IMG/VR virus record: IMGVR_UViG_3300045988_162231
Location: 1 to 15,233 of that record
Source of the DNA: a virus
Strand: one strand, 5' to 3'
Length of the DNA stretch: 15,233 nt
Positions within the stretch are counted from its first letter, which is position 1. Every line of letters begins with the position of its first letter. A program made the translations under genes and the position numbers. Below are positions 6,681-14,043 of this stretch, in pieces. The notes beneath the pieces are model-generated. The model was given only the letters and a program-made list of their open reading frames with translations, ran no database searches and had not been told where the DNA came from.

Positions 6681-6709
6681 ATATTATCATAATTTTTTAT
6701 TTTTGTCAA
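6681..6709 (-). promoter_or_regulatory. Orphan sigma-A-type promoter facing the junction terminator
   Basis: On the - strand: TTGACA (6709-6704), a 17-nt spacer ending in TGa, then TAATAT (6686-6681). It is intergenic, immediately after the fibre gene stop. It closely resembles the promoter at 12232-12260. No ORF lies downstream before the terminator. Confidence 0.5.
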
Positions 6710-6713
6710 ATAA

Positions 6714-7559
6714 TTATTGACCAGGTGTAATGTCTGATTGTTCAAAGGCTTGCAATAAATATAAAGAATTCCAGAAGAAAACTCTGACCTCTTTTGTTGA
6801 ACTATCGATAGCAAACCAAGTATCAATTTCAATAGTTCCATCAGTTTTAATTGTTATATTTGCAGTATCTGTTCTAGTAAAATTTTGTCCATAACACGTT
6901 AAAGCAACAGTATTAATAGTTATGTCTTGTGTTGGTCTTAATGGTGTATTTAATAATTTGATTTTACGTGCTAGCCCACCATCATCTGGATTATGTATTT
7001 GTAAAATACCATAAAGCTTAAAAATTGATTTAGTATCATCATATACAAGTGTCAATCCACTATTTCCAAAATCATTTCCACACGCAGTACCATTTACAAT
7101 ATTTCCTGTACTAGAATTAAAAATCATAGAATTTTTTAGATTAAATTTATCCAATTCATTAAGTGCTTTATTTGCATTTGTATTAGCATTTTGTGCTGTT
7201 GAATTAGCTGAACTTGCTAAACCGTTTGCTGTATTTGCTGTTGATAATGCTGTTTCAGCATTTTGTTTTGCTGTACTTGCGTTGTCATTTGCTGTTGTTG
7301 CTAAACTTAAAGCATTTGTTGCATTAGTATTTGCTCCATTTGCTGTTGTGTTTGCTTGATTAGCTGTTTCTAATGCTTGTGTTGCTGAACTATTTGCATT
7401 TTCTGCGTTTGTTTCTGCACTCTGTGCTTTACTGTCATTTGCTTTCATTTGTGTGTCAATTTTAGACATTGCTTGATTAAAATCACCTAACCAAGAAGGT
7501 ACGTCATTTGCTACAAATTGTGGTAGCTCATAATTTGGTGTTTTATTTGTTGAACTCAT
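6714..7559 (-). CDS. Tail fibre / receptor-binding protein with Ala/Asn/Thr-rich stalk, 281 aa
   Basis: AAGGAG sits 8 nt before the ATG at 7559. The N-terminus NYELPQFVANDVPSWLGDFNQAMSKID is typical of Firmicute phage fibre N-termini. About 95 aa follow of periodic A/N/T/S low complexity (..TANQANTTANGANTNATNAL..), probably a coiled-coil stalk. The protein ends in a globular beta-rich C-terminal domain. It is the last gene of the structural operon. Confidence 0.65.
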   Translation of the reverse strand: MSSTNKTPNYELPQFVANDVPSWLGDFNQAMSKIDTQMKANDSKAQSAETNAENANSSATQALETANQANTTANGANTNATNALSLATTANDNASTAKQNAETALSTANTANGLASSANSTAQNANTNANKALNELDKFNLKNSMIFNSSTGNIVNGTACGNDFGNSGLTLVYDDTKSIFKLYGILQIHNPDDGGLARKIKLLNTPLRPTQDITINTVALTCYGQNFTRTDTANITIKTDGTIEIDTWFAIDSSTKEVRVFFWNSLYLLQAFEQSDITPGQ

Positions 7560-7589
7560 AATAAAAATCTCCTTTCAAATTAATTTATT

Positions 7590-8477
7590 TTATGGCATTA
7601 AAATAGATTTGCCAGTAAAATCATAGTTGTATGCTGTAATATCTTTATCGTCGTAGTTTTGAGCTGTTAAGCTTAAACTATCATATTCACTTGCTGTTAT
7701 AGGATTTTCCTTATGGAAGTTAGCAAGTTGAATAATTACGTCTGTAATTAATGTATATTCTCCTGTGAATGGACTAATCATATAAAATCTAGGGTCGTGA
7801 CCTAAATAGTATCTAGCATATAAATCATAAGTTCTAGCACTTAAATTTTTATTGTCATATTCTTCTGCTGTAAGTCCTAAACTATCATATTCTAGTGCTG
7901 TTAGTCCGTAGTATCTTAAATATCCATACAAGTCGTCAAGGGTTGCTTGTAAATAATCATATTTACCAGTTACTGGGTTATAAACTTTTATACCATTTTT
8001 TGCTATGTCGTCTATTTCTTTTTGTATTTTCTGTATTTCACTATCGATATATATTTTAAGTAGACTATCTTGATTATCTAAATATTCCTTAATATTTGTT
8101 ATTTTATTGTCGATATATTTCATAAGTGTACTATTTATTTTTGCTATTTCTTGGTCTGTATATAGTTTTGCTTGTACCAGATTTTCACTAATTAATGTTT
8201 TTAGTTCATTATCGTTATTATCTATATATTGATAAATTGCGTCGTCTTTATTATCTATATAAGTTTGTAATTGTTTTATCTGTTCGTCGACATAATCAGT
8301 AAATGTATCAAAATTTAAGTCTTTTAGATAATTTTCTATATATAAAACTACACCAGCTAATTTGCATAGTCTTTTATATGTTGTTAAGCTGTCAAAACTT
8401 TCCTCAATAAAAGGAAAACTACCATTTTGACAACAACCCATAAAATCTAATGGTATTGGGGTAAAAGCTCCTATCAT
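7590..8477 (-). CDS. Tail fibre / appendage protein with coiled-coil region and duplicated C-terminal module, 295 aa
   Basis: It lies between the lower collar and the fibre gene, at the position of phi29 gp12. The central region has repeated YIDN-type heptad-like segments. The C-terminal part is a tandem duplication of a ~55-aa module that ends in (L/I)TAxEYDSLxLTAxxYDxKxxxAxxYD. Confidence 0.6.
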   Translation of the reverse strand: MIGAFTPIPLDFMGCCQNGSFPFIEESFDSLTTYKRLCKLAGVVLYIENYLKDLNFDTFTDYVDEQIKQLQTYIDNKDDAIYQYIDNNDNELKTLISENLVQAKLYTDQEIAKINSTLMKYIDNKITNIKEYLDNQDSLLKIYIDSEIQKIQKEIDDIAKNGIKVYNPVTGKYDYLQATLDDLYGYLRYYGLTALEYDSLGLTAEEYDNKNLSARTYDLYARYYLGHDPRFYMISPFTGEYTLITDVIIQLANFHKENPITASEYDSLSLTAQNYDDKDITAYNYDFTGKSILMP

Positions 8478-8499
8478 TTATTTTTCACTTCCTTTCAAT

Positions 8500-9243
8500 T
8501 TAAGGTATCATATAAAATAAACTTTCTAAGTCTTTGTAAATTAATGAATATATACTTTGTATATTTTGTTGCATTTCCTTTAATATAGATATTTTATCGG
8601 CTGGGCTACGTTCTATTATTTCATTATATTTGTTGGTATCCTCTGAATTACTACTACCTTTAGAATTAGAACTATCTGTACTTGTTGCGTTGTTTGTATC
8701 GTAATTATAATTAGTAACATATTTACCGTCGCGAACATTTTCAAGCTGATTTTGAGGTGTGTTGCTCTCTCTTCTATCTGATATATTATTAGTATTAGAA
8801 CTTGAACTATTTTCTAATGTATTACTTGCTGTATTTATTCTATATTCGTCACCGTATCGTTTAGAAGTTTCGCCGTCATTAAAAATATCCCAATTTTGCA
8901 ACGCGTCAAACATTTTGTTATAAATTGGCATTATTTCGTTTAACTTCACATCTAGTTGTATTTTAAATGCTACAAATGTTTCGTACCCAATTCGACGCAT
9001 AAGAAAATGATTCAATATATTTGTTTCAAATTTATCCTTATCAATATTTTGGCTTAAAGGATAATTAAAATCAAAAACTCTTGTGTGTCCTTCTTTAGCT
9101 AAATCTTTTATTTTTACTTGTTCATTTTCTGCTTTACCAAAATTAAGCATTGAATCTAATATTTCATATATAGTTGGTGGTCTATCATCTGTAGGTGTGA
9201 ATATTGGGTTTACAAAAAAGTAACTATTAAAAAATGGATACAT
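8500..9243 (-). CDS. Lower collar protein, phi29 gp11-like, 247 aa
   Basis: It lies immediately downstream of the connector gene and is coupled to it by a 1-nt TAATG overlap. Size and position match phi29 gp11. It contains a motif LNHFLMRRIGYETFVAFKIQL, followed by a Ser/Asn-rich disordered stretch. Confidence 0.7.
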   Translation of the reverse strand: MYPFFNSYFFVNPIFTPTDDRPPTIYEILDSMLNFGKAENEQVKIKDLAKEGHTRVFDFNYPLSQNIDKDKFETNILNHFLMRRIGYETFVAFKIQLDVKLNEIMPIYNKMFDALQNWDIFNDGETSKRYGDEYRINTASNTLENSSSSNTNNISDRRESNTPQNQLENVRDGKYVTNYNYDTNNATSTDSSNSKGSSNSEDTNKYNEIIERSPADKISILKEMQQNIQSIYSLIYKDLESLFYMIP

Positions 9244-10109
9244 TATTCGTCAACCCCTTCCATATCAAAATTTTTGTCATCTTCGGGTTCTTCTATTGTA
9301 GAAGGTACCCCGTCATAATAACTAACTTCTATATTCATATTGAATTTTTTGTTTATTTGCTGTACTGCACGTTGTCTAGGCTCAAAACGACTAAATCTAC
9401 TTGCTATAGTTCCACCTTGCATTGCGTTTATTTCATCTTTTATATTACGCTCTTTTTTCTGATATGATAAATTTGAAATACCTATAAGCCTTAAAAATTC
9501 ATTCCATATCTTTTCTTGGTGTTGGTCTATTTTATCAGCTACAAATGGTGCTGGCTCTAATACAAGTGTCGTATCGTCCAAGTCTAAATTGTCATAGCTA
9601 ATTACAGTTTCTGCATTACTATCAACGTTATTCACTAAGTCTTGTATACTTTTTAAGTTTTCTGTTTTTGTCTTCCAAAAACGAGGTGTACGTTGCTGAC
9701 TTATATTTATGTCTGATGTTCTTGTGTTCATTGCGATACGTTCTGCATATTGAATAATATCTGCTAATAATGGATAATGTCCGTTATTATCGTACATTAT
9801 AACAAACTCACCATAATTCAATTTTTTGTTATATCTAGTATTTGAATATACTTGTATTTGTTTTGGTCTACCGTAAACGTCTAAGCCACCAAAATTGGTA
9901 TAAGGTAAGGCAAGCAAACCTAAAATGTCATCATAGAAAAATGCTATACTACCATTAATTACAAGCTGTGCGTTTAAATATGATACGTCAATAAATTCTG
10001 GAAGTCCTTTGAATTCAAAAACATTTTCGGCAAGTGATAAAAGTTGTCTACGATACATTAAATACGTTTTGTAATTATTAAGCTGACTATTAATAAAACG
10101 TTTTTGCAT
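9243..10109 (-). CDS. Head-tail connector / portal (upper collar), phi29 gp10-like, 288 aa
   Basis: By-eye alignment to the recalled phi29 gp10: PAPFVADKIDQHQEKIWNEFLRLIGISNLSYQKKERNIKDEI versus [42 protein letters not shown]. Also FVIMYDNNGHYP versus VVIYNNDMAFP, and INISQQRTP versus VNQNAQKTP. Confidence 0.92.
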   Translation of the reverse strand: MQKRFINSQLNNYKTYLMYRRQLLSLAENVFEFKGLPEFIDVSYLNAQLVINGSIAFFYDDILGLLALPYTNFGGLDVYGRPKQIQVYSNTRYNKKLNYGEFVIMYDNNGHYPLLADIIQYAERIAMNTRTSDINISQQRTPRFWKTKTENLKSIQDLVNNVDSNAETVISYDNLDLDDTTLVLEPAPFVADKIDQHQEKIWNEFLRLIGISNLSYQKKERNIKDEINAMQGGTIASRFSRFEPRQRAVQQINKKFNMNIEVSYYDGVPSTIEEPEDDKNFDMEGVDE

Positions 10110-10130
10110 TTCTTATCCTTCCCCTTTCTA

Positions 10131-10160
10131 AAAATATAAAGGTAGCAAAATGCTACCTTT
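10131..10160 (-). terminator. Hairpin attenuator/terminator just after the capsid gene
   Basis: On the - strand: AAAGGTAGC (10160-10152), loop AUUUU, GCUACCUUU (10146-10138), then AUAUUUUU. It begins 1 nt after the capsid stop and precedes the connector Shine-Dalgarno sequence. It is probably leaky, raising capsid/scaffold transcript abundance relative to downstream genes. Confidence 0.55.
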
Positions 10161-10161
10161 A

Positions 10162-11535
10162 TTATTCAGCAATAGTAATAGTAGCTGTTCCAGTTTTAGT
10201 ATTATTAAATATTGAAGTTGCTGTAACTGTTACTGTTGTTGCTGTTGACTCTTTAGCTACTTCTAATACACCGTTTTGATTTATAGAAACCCCTTTGCTC
10301 TCACTGTCACTATCTATAGACCAAGCAACTGCTTTATTTGTAATACCAGTTACTTCAACAACTGCTGTAAGTACAAGGCTTTGACCTTTTGTAACTGTAG
10401 CTGTAGAAGGATTTACAGTAACACTTGTTACTGTGCTTGCGTCTTTTGTAAATGCCAAGCATTGCTCAAATGGAGAAGTTGCAAATATTCTCCAGCTGTG
10501 TAACCACATAGTTCTTGATAATGTTTCTGGATTTCTGAATTCTGTAGACATTGTATCTGCTGTGTTGTCTAATGCGTAGTAATAATCTTTGAAGAAATTA
10601 TCACTTATGATTAAACCTACAGTATTTTTAAGTCTTGTAAGTTCATTTTCTGTAAAGGCTGTATAAGCATTACCTAATAATTTTGATAGTCTATCCCAGT
10701 CATTGTTTCCAAAACCGTCTATTAATGCTAATTTTGTACGCATTTCTGCATCATTTCTAAAGTAAGAAGTTGCTAATACTTTTGTAGACATTTGAGCTTC
10801 AAAACCAGTAGAAACAATAGTTCTTTGTCTATCAAATGGTGTTGCAAGTCTTAGCCCAGCTGGGTTATAGTTTGGACTTAAAAATGTCATATTATTAGAA
10901 TATTCTTTCATTATTGCAACGTTATCTCTTGAGTCGTTTGTGTCAAAGTCTTCTATTGTAACACTTGGAATTGTACCATTGATTAAACGTCTTTGAACTT
11001 GGTATTTATCAACTATATATCTATCATATACATAAGATTTTCTTAATGCTGTGTAAACTGCTTGTATTAAATCATATACACCAGTTTCATTATAAAAAGC
11101 TAATGCTATTTCTTGGTCATTTACTGTTGCCTTATAAAATTTTTGGAAATTTATTTCGTGCATATAGTTTAGAACATTTGGAACTTGTTGCTCTAAGAAG
11201 TGAGTAGGGTTATTCATATATTGATTGTAGTCTTCTGCTTCTATTAAATCTACAATCATTTCACGAACTGTTTGTCCGTATCTAATTTGTCCTTGGTTTG
11301 TGAAATCTTCCCAAGGGTTAGCCCACGCGTCACTTACGATTAAAGTCAATGCGATTACATTAACTGCATTTAAAAAAGCATTTTTGTATCTTGTATTAGA
11401 TACAATTAAATCACCTATTTTTTGTATGTCGGCTCCTTGTTGTGGTAAGTCTATTACTTCTTGTAACTCTGGACTTACTTGTGCCATATAATTTAAAAGT
11501 TTGGCACTACTTTTAGTTGCTAATGTTTTTGCCAT
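10162..11535 (-). CDS. Major capsid protein, phi29 gp8-like, with C-terminal Big_2 Ig-like domain, 457 aa
   Basis: The C-terminus VTSVTVNPSTATVTKGQSLVLTAVV...AVAWSIDSD...VSINQNGVLEV...ATITI is a typical Big_2 pattern, as in phi29 gp8. The N-terminal region shows by-eye similarity to gp8. I moved the start from the track position 11574 to ATG 11535 (AAGGAGGAAT, 7-nt spacer), which removes an overlap with the scaffold gene. Confidence 0.9.
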   Translation of the reverse strand: MAKTLATKSSAKLLNYMAQVSPELQEVIDLPQQGADIQKIGDLIVSNTRYKNAFLNAVNVIALTLIVSDAWANPWEDFTNQGQIRYGQTVREMIVDLIEAEDYNQYMNNPTHFLEQQVPNVLNYMHEINFQKFYKATVNDQEIALAFYNETGVYDLIQAVYTALRKSYVYDRYIVDKYQVQRRLINGTIPSVTIEDFDTNDSRDNVAIMKEYSNNMTFLSPNYNPAGLRLATPFDRQRTIVSTGFEAQMSTKVLATSYFRNDAEMRTKLALIDGFGNNDWDRLSKLLGNAYTAFTENELTRLKNTVGLIISDNFFKDYYYALDNTADTMSTEFRNPETLSRTMWLHSWRIFATSPFEQCLAFTKDASTVTSVTVNPSTATVTKGQSLVLTAVVEVTGITNKAVAWSIDSDSESKGVSINQNGVLEVAKESTATTVTVTATSIFNNTKTGTATITIAE

Positions 11536-11539
11536 TTTT

Positions 11540-11842
11540 TTATTCCTCCTTGTCAGTATCTTTAAATATATCAACTTCCTCGACTTTTTCCTCTTCTTTA
11601 GGTTCGTCGATTTTTTCTTCTGTTTCTTTTTTTTCTGTTCCTAAAAATCTATTTTTGTATTTATTCTTAATGTCATCATATTTTGTTTTTAAGTCCTCAT
11701 TTTCTGCTTTTAAAGTTTCAACTTCTGAATTGTCTATTATATCCATACTATCTTCTACATCTTCTAATAATGCTATTTGTACGTCTTCATCTGTTACAGT
11801 TTGTACAATTTTTTGTTTAAGTTCATCTTTACTTAGTTTCAT
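11540..11842 (-). CDS. Scaffolding protein, phi29 gp7-like, 100 aa
   Basis: It is small, very acidic and coiled-coil, and lies directly upstream of the capsid gene. LKAENEDLKTKYDDIKNKYKNRFLGTEKKE parallels the recalled phi29 gp7 [27 protein letters not shown]. I moved the start to ATG 11842 (GGAAGGGGTGA, 5-nt spacer). Confidence 0.8.
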   Translation of the reverse strand: MKLSKDELKQKIVQTVTDEDVQIALLEDVEDSMDIIDNSEVETLKAENEDLKTKYDDIKNKYKNRFLGTEKKETEEKIDEPKEEEKVEEVDIFKDTDKEE

Positions 11843-12197
11843 TCTCTTCACCCCTTCCAACTTTTAAAATTTCTGACAATTTACCTAAATGAATACCCGC
11901 CTTTGTTAAATTCTCAAAAATTGATAATATTTCCATTATTAATATATATATTGCAATAGATTTCATACAGAAATTAAAACCAAAAGTACTATCTAAAATA
12001 AAACCTAAACCAAGCAATAATAATAATAATACTTTATGCAATAAACCTGTTCTCATCTTTGTTGTGTCAACATCGTTATTAATAACGGCTTGTATAAATC
12101 CTGTTATAATATCAGCTAAACTGAAAACTAGTGGGGTTAATAATTGCCAAAACATACTAACGAAATTAAGGTTTGCTATAATATTTTCAATATCCAT
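11829..12197 (-). CDS. Holin, phage_holin_4_1 (TcdE / LL-H) family, 122 aa
   Basis: Family pattern: ..DIITGFIQAV....D.TKMRTGLLHKV (membrane segment) ...IMEILSIFENLTKAGI.., with 3 predicted hydrophobic segments. ATG at 12197 follows AGAGGTGAG. It is the first gene after the promoter at 12232-12260. Its last 14 nt overlap the scaffold gene. Confidence 0.85.
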   Translation of the reverse strand: MDIENIIANLNFVSMFWQLLTPLVFSLADIITGFIQAVINNDVDTTKMRTGLLHKVLLLLLLGLGFILDSTFGFNFCMKSIAIYILIMEILSIFENLTKAGIHLGKLSEILKVGRGEENETK

Positions 12198-12231
12198 TTA
12201 TCTCACCTCTCTTTCGTATTTACTATAAAAA

Positions 12232-12260
12232 TTATTAGCATAAAATTTTTGTTTTGTCAA
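12232..12260 (-). promoter_or_regulatory. Sigma-A-type promoter of the holin-structural (late) operon
   Basis: On the - strand: TTGACA (12260-12255), a 17-nt spacer ending in TGc, then TAATAA (12237-12232). It lies directly after a terminator, about 35 nt before the holin ATG. Confidence 0.6.
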
Positions 12261-12290
12261 CATAAAAAAGACAGTTTAAAACTGTCTTTT
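12261..12290 (-). terminator. Intrinsic terminator overlapping the 3' end of the M23 peptidase gene
   Basis: On the - strand: AAAAGACAGU (12290-12281), a loop containing the TAA stop (12278-12276), ACUGUCUUUU (12275-12266), then UU. This gives a 10-bp stem and a 6-U tract. Confidence 0.75.
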
Positions 12291-12845
12291 ATTTCGTAAT
12301 TTTCGAAAATAGATTACCCAAGGAAAACGTTTATTTACTTCTTGTACTGGTATTGGTTCGGGTGGAATTATACTTCCGTCGTATTCAATTATAGTATTAT
12401 CGACATTTGGAATTCCTAATATTGTACAAGGGTTTAAAAATGTTGAACAATTCCAACTTTGTGTAACTGAACATTCTAAATGTAGATGTATTCCAGTTAC
12501 TTTACCAGTCGCTCCCATTCTACCAATAATAGTATTTAAATCTACACTGTCACCTACATTTACTTGCAGGCTTCCTTCAACCATATGACAATATCTCCAA
12601 TAATGACCTTCTTCATCAAGTATTTGAGCTTGAACTCCTAACGAGTGTGAAGTAGATGTATTTATATATATAACTCTACCTTTTTTAACTGGATATAAAT
12701 AAGGGTTTCGTTCTGTATCACCATATGGTGCAAAGTCTGTTCCAGTGTGCCAACCGCACGAATAGCGACTATCTTTTACCCCAAAAGGGTAAGTAATTAT
12801 TGAAGTTGAATGTATAGGACTATTATTCATCTTAATAGTTGACAT
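12276..12845 (-). CDS. M23 (LytM/lysostaphin-type) peptidoglycan endopeptidase, 189 aa
   Basis: Zinc-site motifs HTGTDF (HxxxD) and GIHLHLE (HxH), plus GRMGATGKVTG. The C-terminus is cationic and aromatic: KRFPWVIYFRKLRNKRQF. It is coupled to the endolysin gene by a 1-nt TAATG overlap. Confidence 0.85.
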   Translation of the reverse strand: MSTIKMNNSPIHSTSIITYPFGVKDSRYSCGWHTGTDFAPYGDTERNPYLYPVKKGRVIYINTSTSHSLGVQAQILDEEGHYWRYCHMVEGSLQVNVGDSVDLNTIIGRMGATGKVTGIHLHLECSVTQSWNCSTFLNPCTILGIPNVDNTIIEYDGSIIPPEPIPVQEVNKRFPWVIYFRKLRNKRQF

Positions 12846-13678
12846 TATAGACCCCCATTATATTTGACAAAACCTAGTTTTCGGTTTGTTACTTCACCTT
12901 TTGAATTTGTTACAAAATAACAAACTATATATTTTCCGTCTTTGATTCCATAACAGTCCGCATATTCTCTAGGATATATAGTACCTATTTTTTGAGTACA
13001 AGCTAAATCTTGATATACTGGTTCATCTGTACTTCCATTTCTCCAAGTTTTTGGCATATCGAAATCACCCCCAACATTATTTGAATTACTATTGTTAGAA
13101 TTTGAAACATCAATATAACTGTAATTCATATCAACTCTACCAGATATTCCACTAATTGAACCATCACTTGTATATTGCCATATATCAACTCGAAAATCTA
13201 CAGTATAATTAGTTTTATTCCATTCAGCAAGCCATATCTTATAATTAAGTAATTGGTTTATATCTAATTTATTAGTAAACCAATTCTTATTGGCATATAT
13301 TCCAGTATTTTCAAAACTTTGACAAAATTGGATTGCTAAATTAGTCATAGATTTTTTGTCTATATAACTTATTTGACTGTCTTCTAAATCTAAAAATATT
13401 GGGTATTCAAAACTTTTACCTTGTATTTTATTTTTTACCCAATTAATAGCACTTGTCATAGCCTTTGATGTTTCAACATAGCTATAAACATAGCAACCTA
13501 CTTTAAGACCTACACTTTTGGCTGAATTGTAATAACTTTCAAATTTACTATCTAGTGTGTGATTTTCTTTGTTGCCTATCCAACCTAGTCTAAGGATAAC
13601 AAAATCAATACCATTTTGTTTTAATAAATTAAAATCTACATTTCCATTATGTGTAGATAAGTCAAGACCTTTTGTCAT
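12845..13678 (-). CDS. Endolysin: GH25 muramidase with C-terminal SH3b-like cell-wall-binding domain, 277 aa
   Basis: GH25 pattern: GLDLSTHNGNVDF..GIDFVILRLG..GCYVYSY..PIFLDLE..IWLAEW..DIWQYTSDGSISGISGRVDMN. An NSNNSNSNN linker follows. The ~70-aa C-terminal domain (TWRNGSTDEPVYQD...GKYIVCYF...KLGFVKYNGGL) resembles clostridial phage lysin binding domains. AGAGGTGATAA precedes the ATG at 13678. Confidence 0.88.
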   Translation of the reverse strand: MTKGLDLSTHNGNVDFNLLKQNGIDFVILRLGWIGNKENHTLDSKFESYYNSAKSVGLKVGCYVYSYVETSKAMTSAINWVKNKIQGKSFEYPIFLDLEDSQISYIDKKSMTNLAIQFCQSFENTGIYANKNWFTNKLDINQLLNYKIWLAEWNKTNYTVDFRVDIWQYTSDGSISGISGRVDMNYSYIDVSNSNNSNSNNVGGDFDMPKTWRNGSTDEPVYQDLACTQKIGTIYPREYADCYGIKDGKYIVCYFVTNSKGEVTNRKLGFVKYNGGL

Positions 13679-13770
13679 TTTATCACCTCTTTACAAAAAT
13701 TAATATATATGATATATTTGTTTCGACCAATTTCCATTTGTTGGTCTCCTTAAATTTTATTATATATAAC

Positions 13771-13800
13771 AAAAAAATACAAGGGTTTACCTTGTATTTT
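13771..13800 (-). terminator. Intrinsic terminator ending the right-arm early cluster
   Basis: On the - strand, immediately after the TAA at 13803-13801: AAAAUACAAGG (13800-13790), loop UAAAC, CCUUGUAUUUU (13784-13774), then UUU. Confidence 0.7.
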
Positions 13801-14043
13801 TTATTTTAGTAAAGTTTTTATTAAATCATTTATACTCTTTTTATGACTATCAATTACTTGGTCATCTAAGTTATTTTCTTTAATAACTTTAGCTAAGATA
13901 GATAATACTATATCAACATCAACTATATGTTCTTTCACTAAAGAATCAATTATTGTTCCAAATTCATTAATAATACTTTTTCTATTTCCTGTAATTTCAC
14001 AAACTGTACATTTTTTATTTTCATTCCATTTTGCTCTAATCAT
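13801..14043 (-). CDS. Hypothetical early protein, 80 aa
   Basis: ATG at 14043 overlaps the upstream stop by 1 nt (TAATG), with AAGGGGT 8 nt upstream. I recognise no family. Confidence 0.6.
   Translation of the reverse strand: MIRAKWNENKKCTVCEITGNRKSIINEFGTIIDSLVKEHIVDVDIVLSILAKVIKENNLDDQVIDSHKKSINDLIKTLLK

Noticed and set aside
7154-7439. The fibre low-complexity tract considered as a diversity-generating-retroelement variable region
   Set aside because: There is no reverse transcriptase gene and no template-repeat copy elsewhere in the genome.
9234-9467. The 77-aa + strand ORF antisense to the connector gene
   Set aside because: It is a shadow ORF inside a confidently identified gp10 homologue. 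It has no SD and an implausible Phe/Ile/Tyr-rich product.
10276-11867. Three + strand ORFs (10276-10503, 11300-11491, 11517-11867) antisense to the capsid and scaffold genes
   Set aside because: All lie within confident - strand genes. They have Cys/Ser/Phe-rich low-complexity translations and no ribosome-binding sites.
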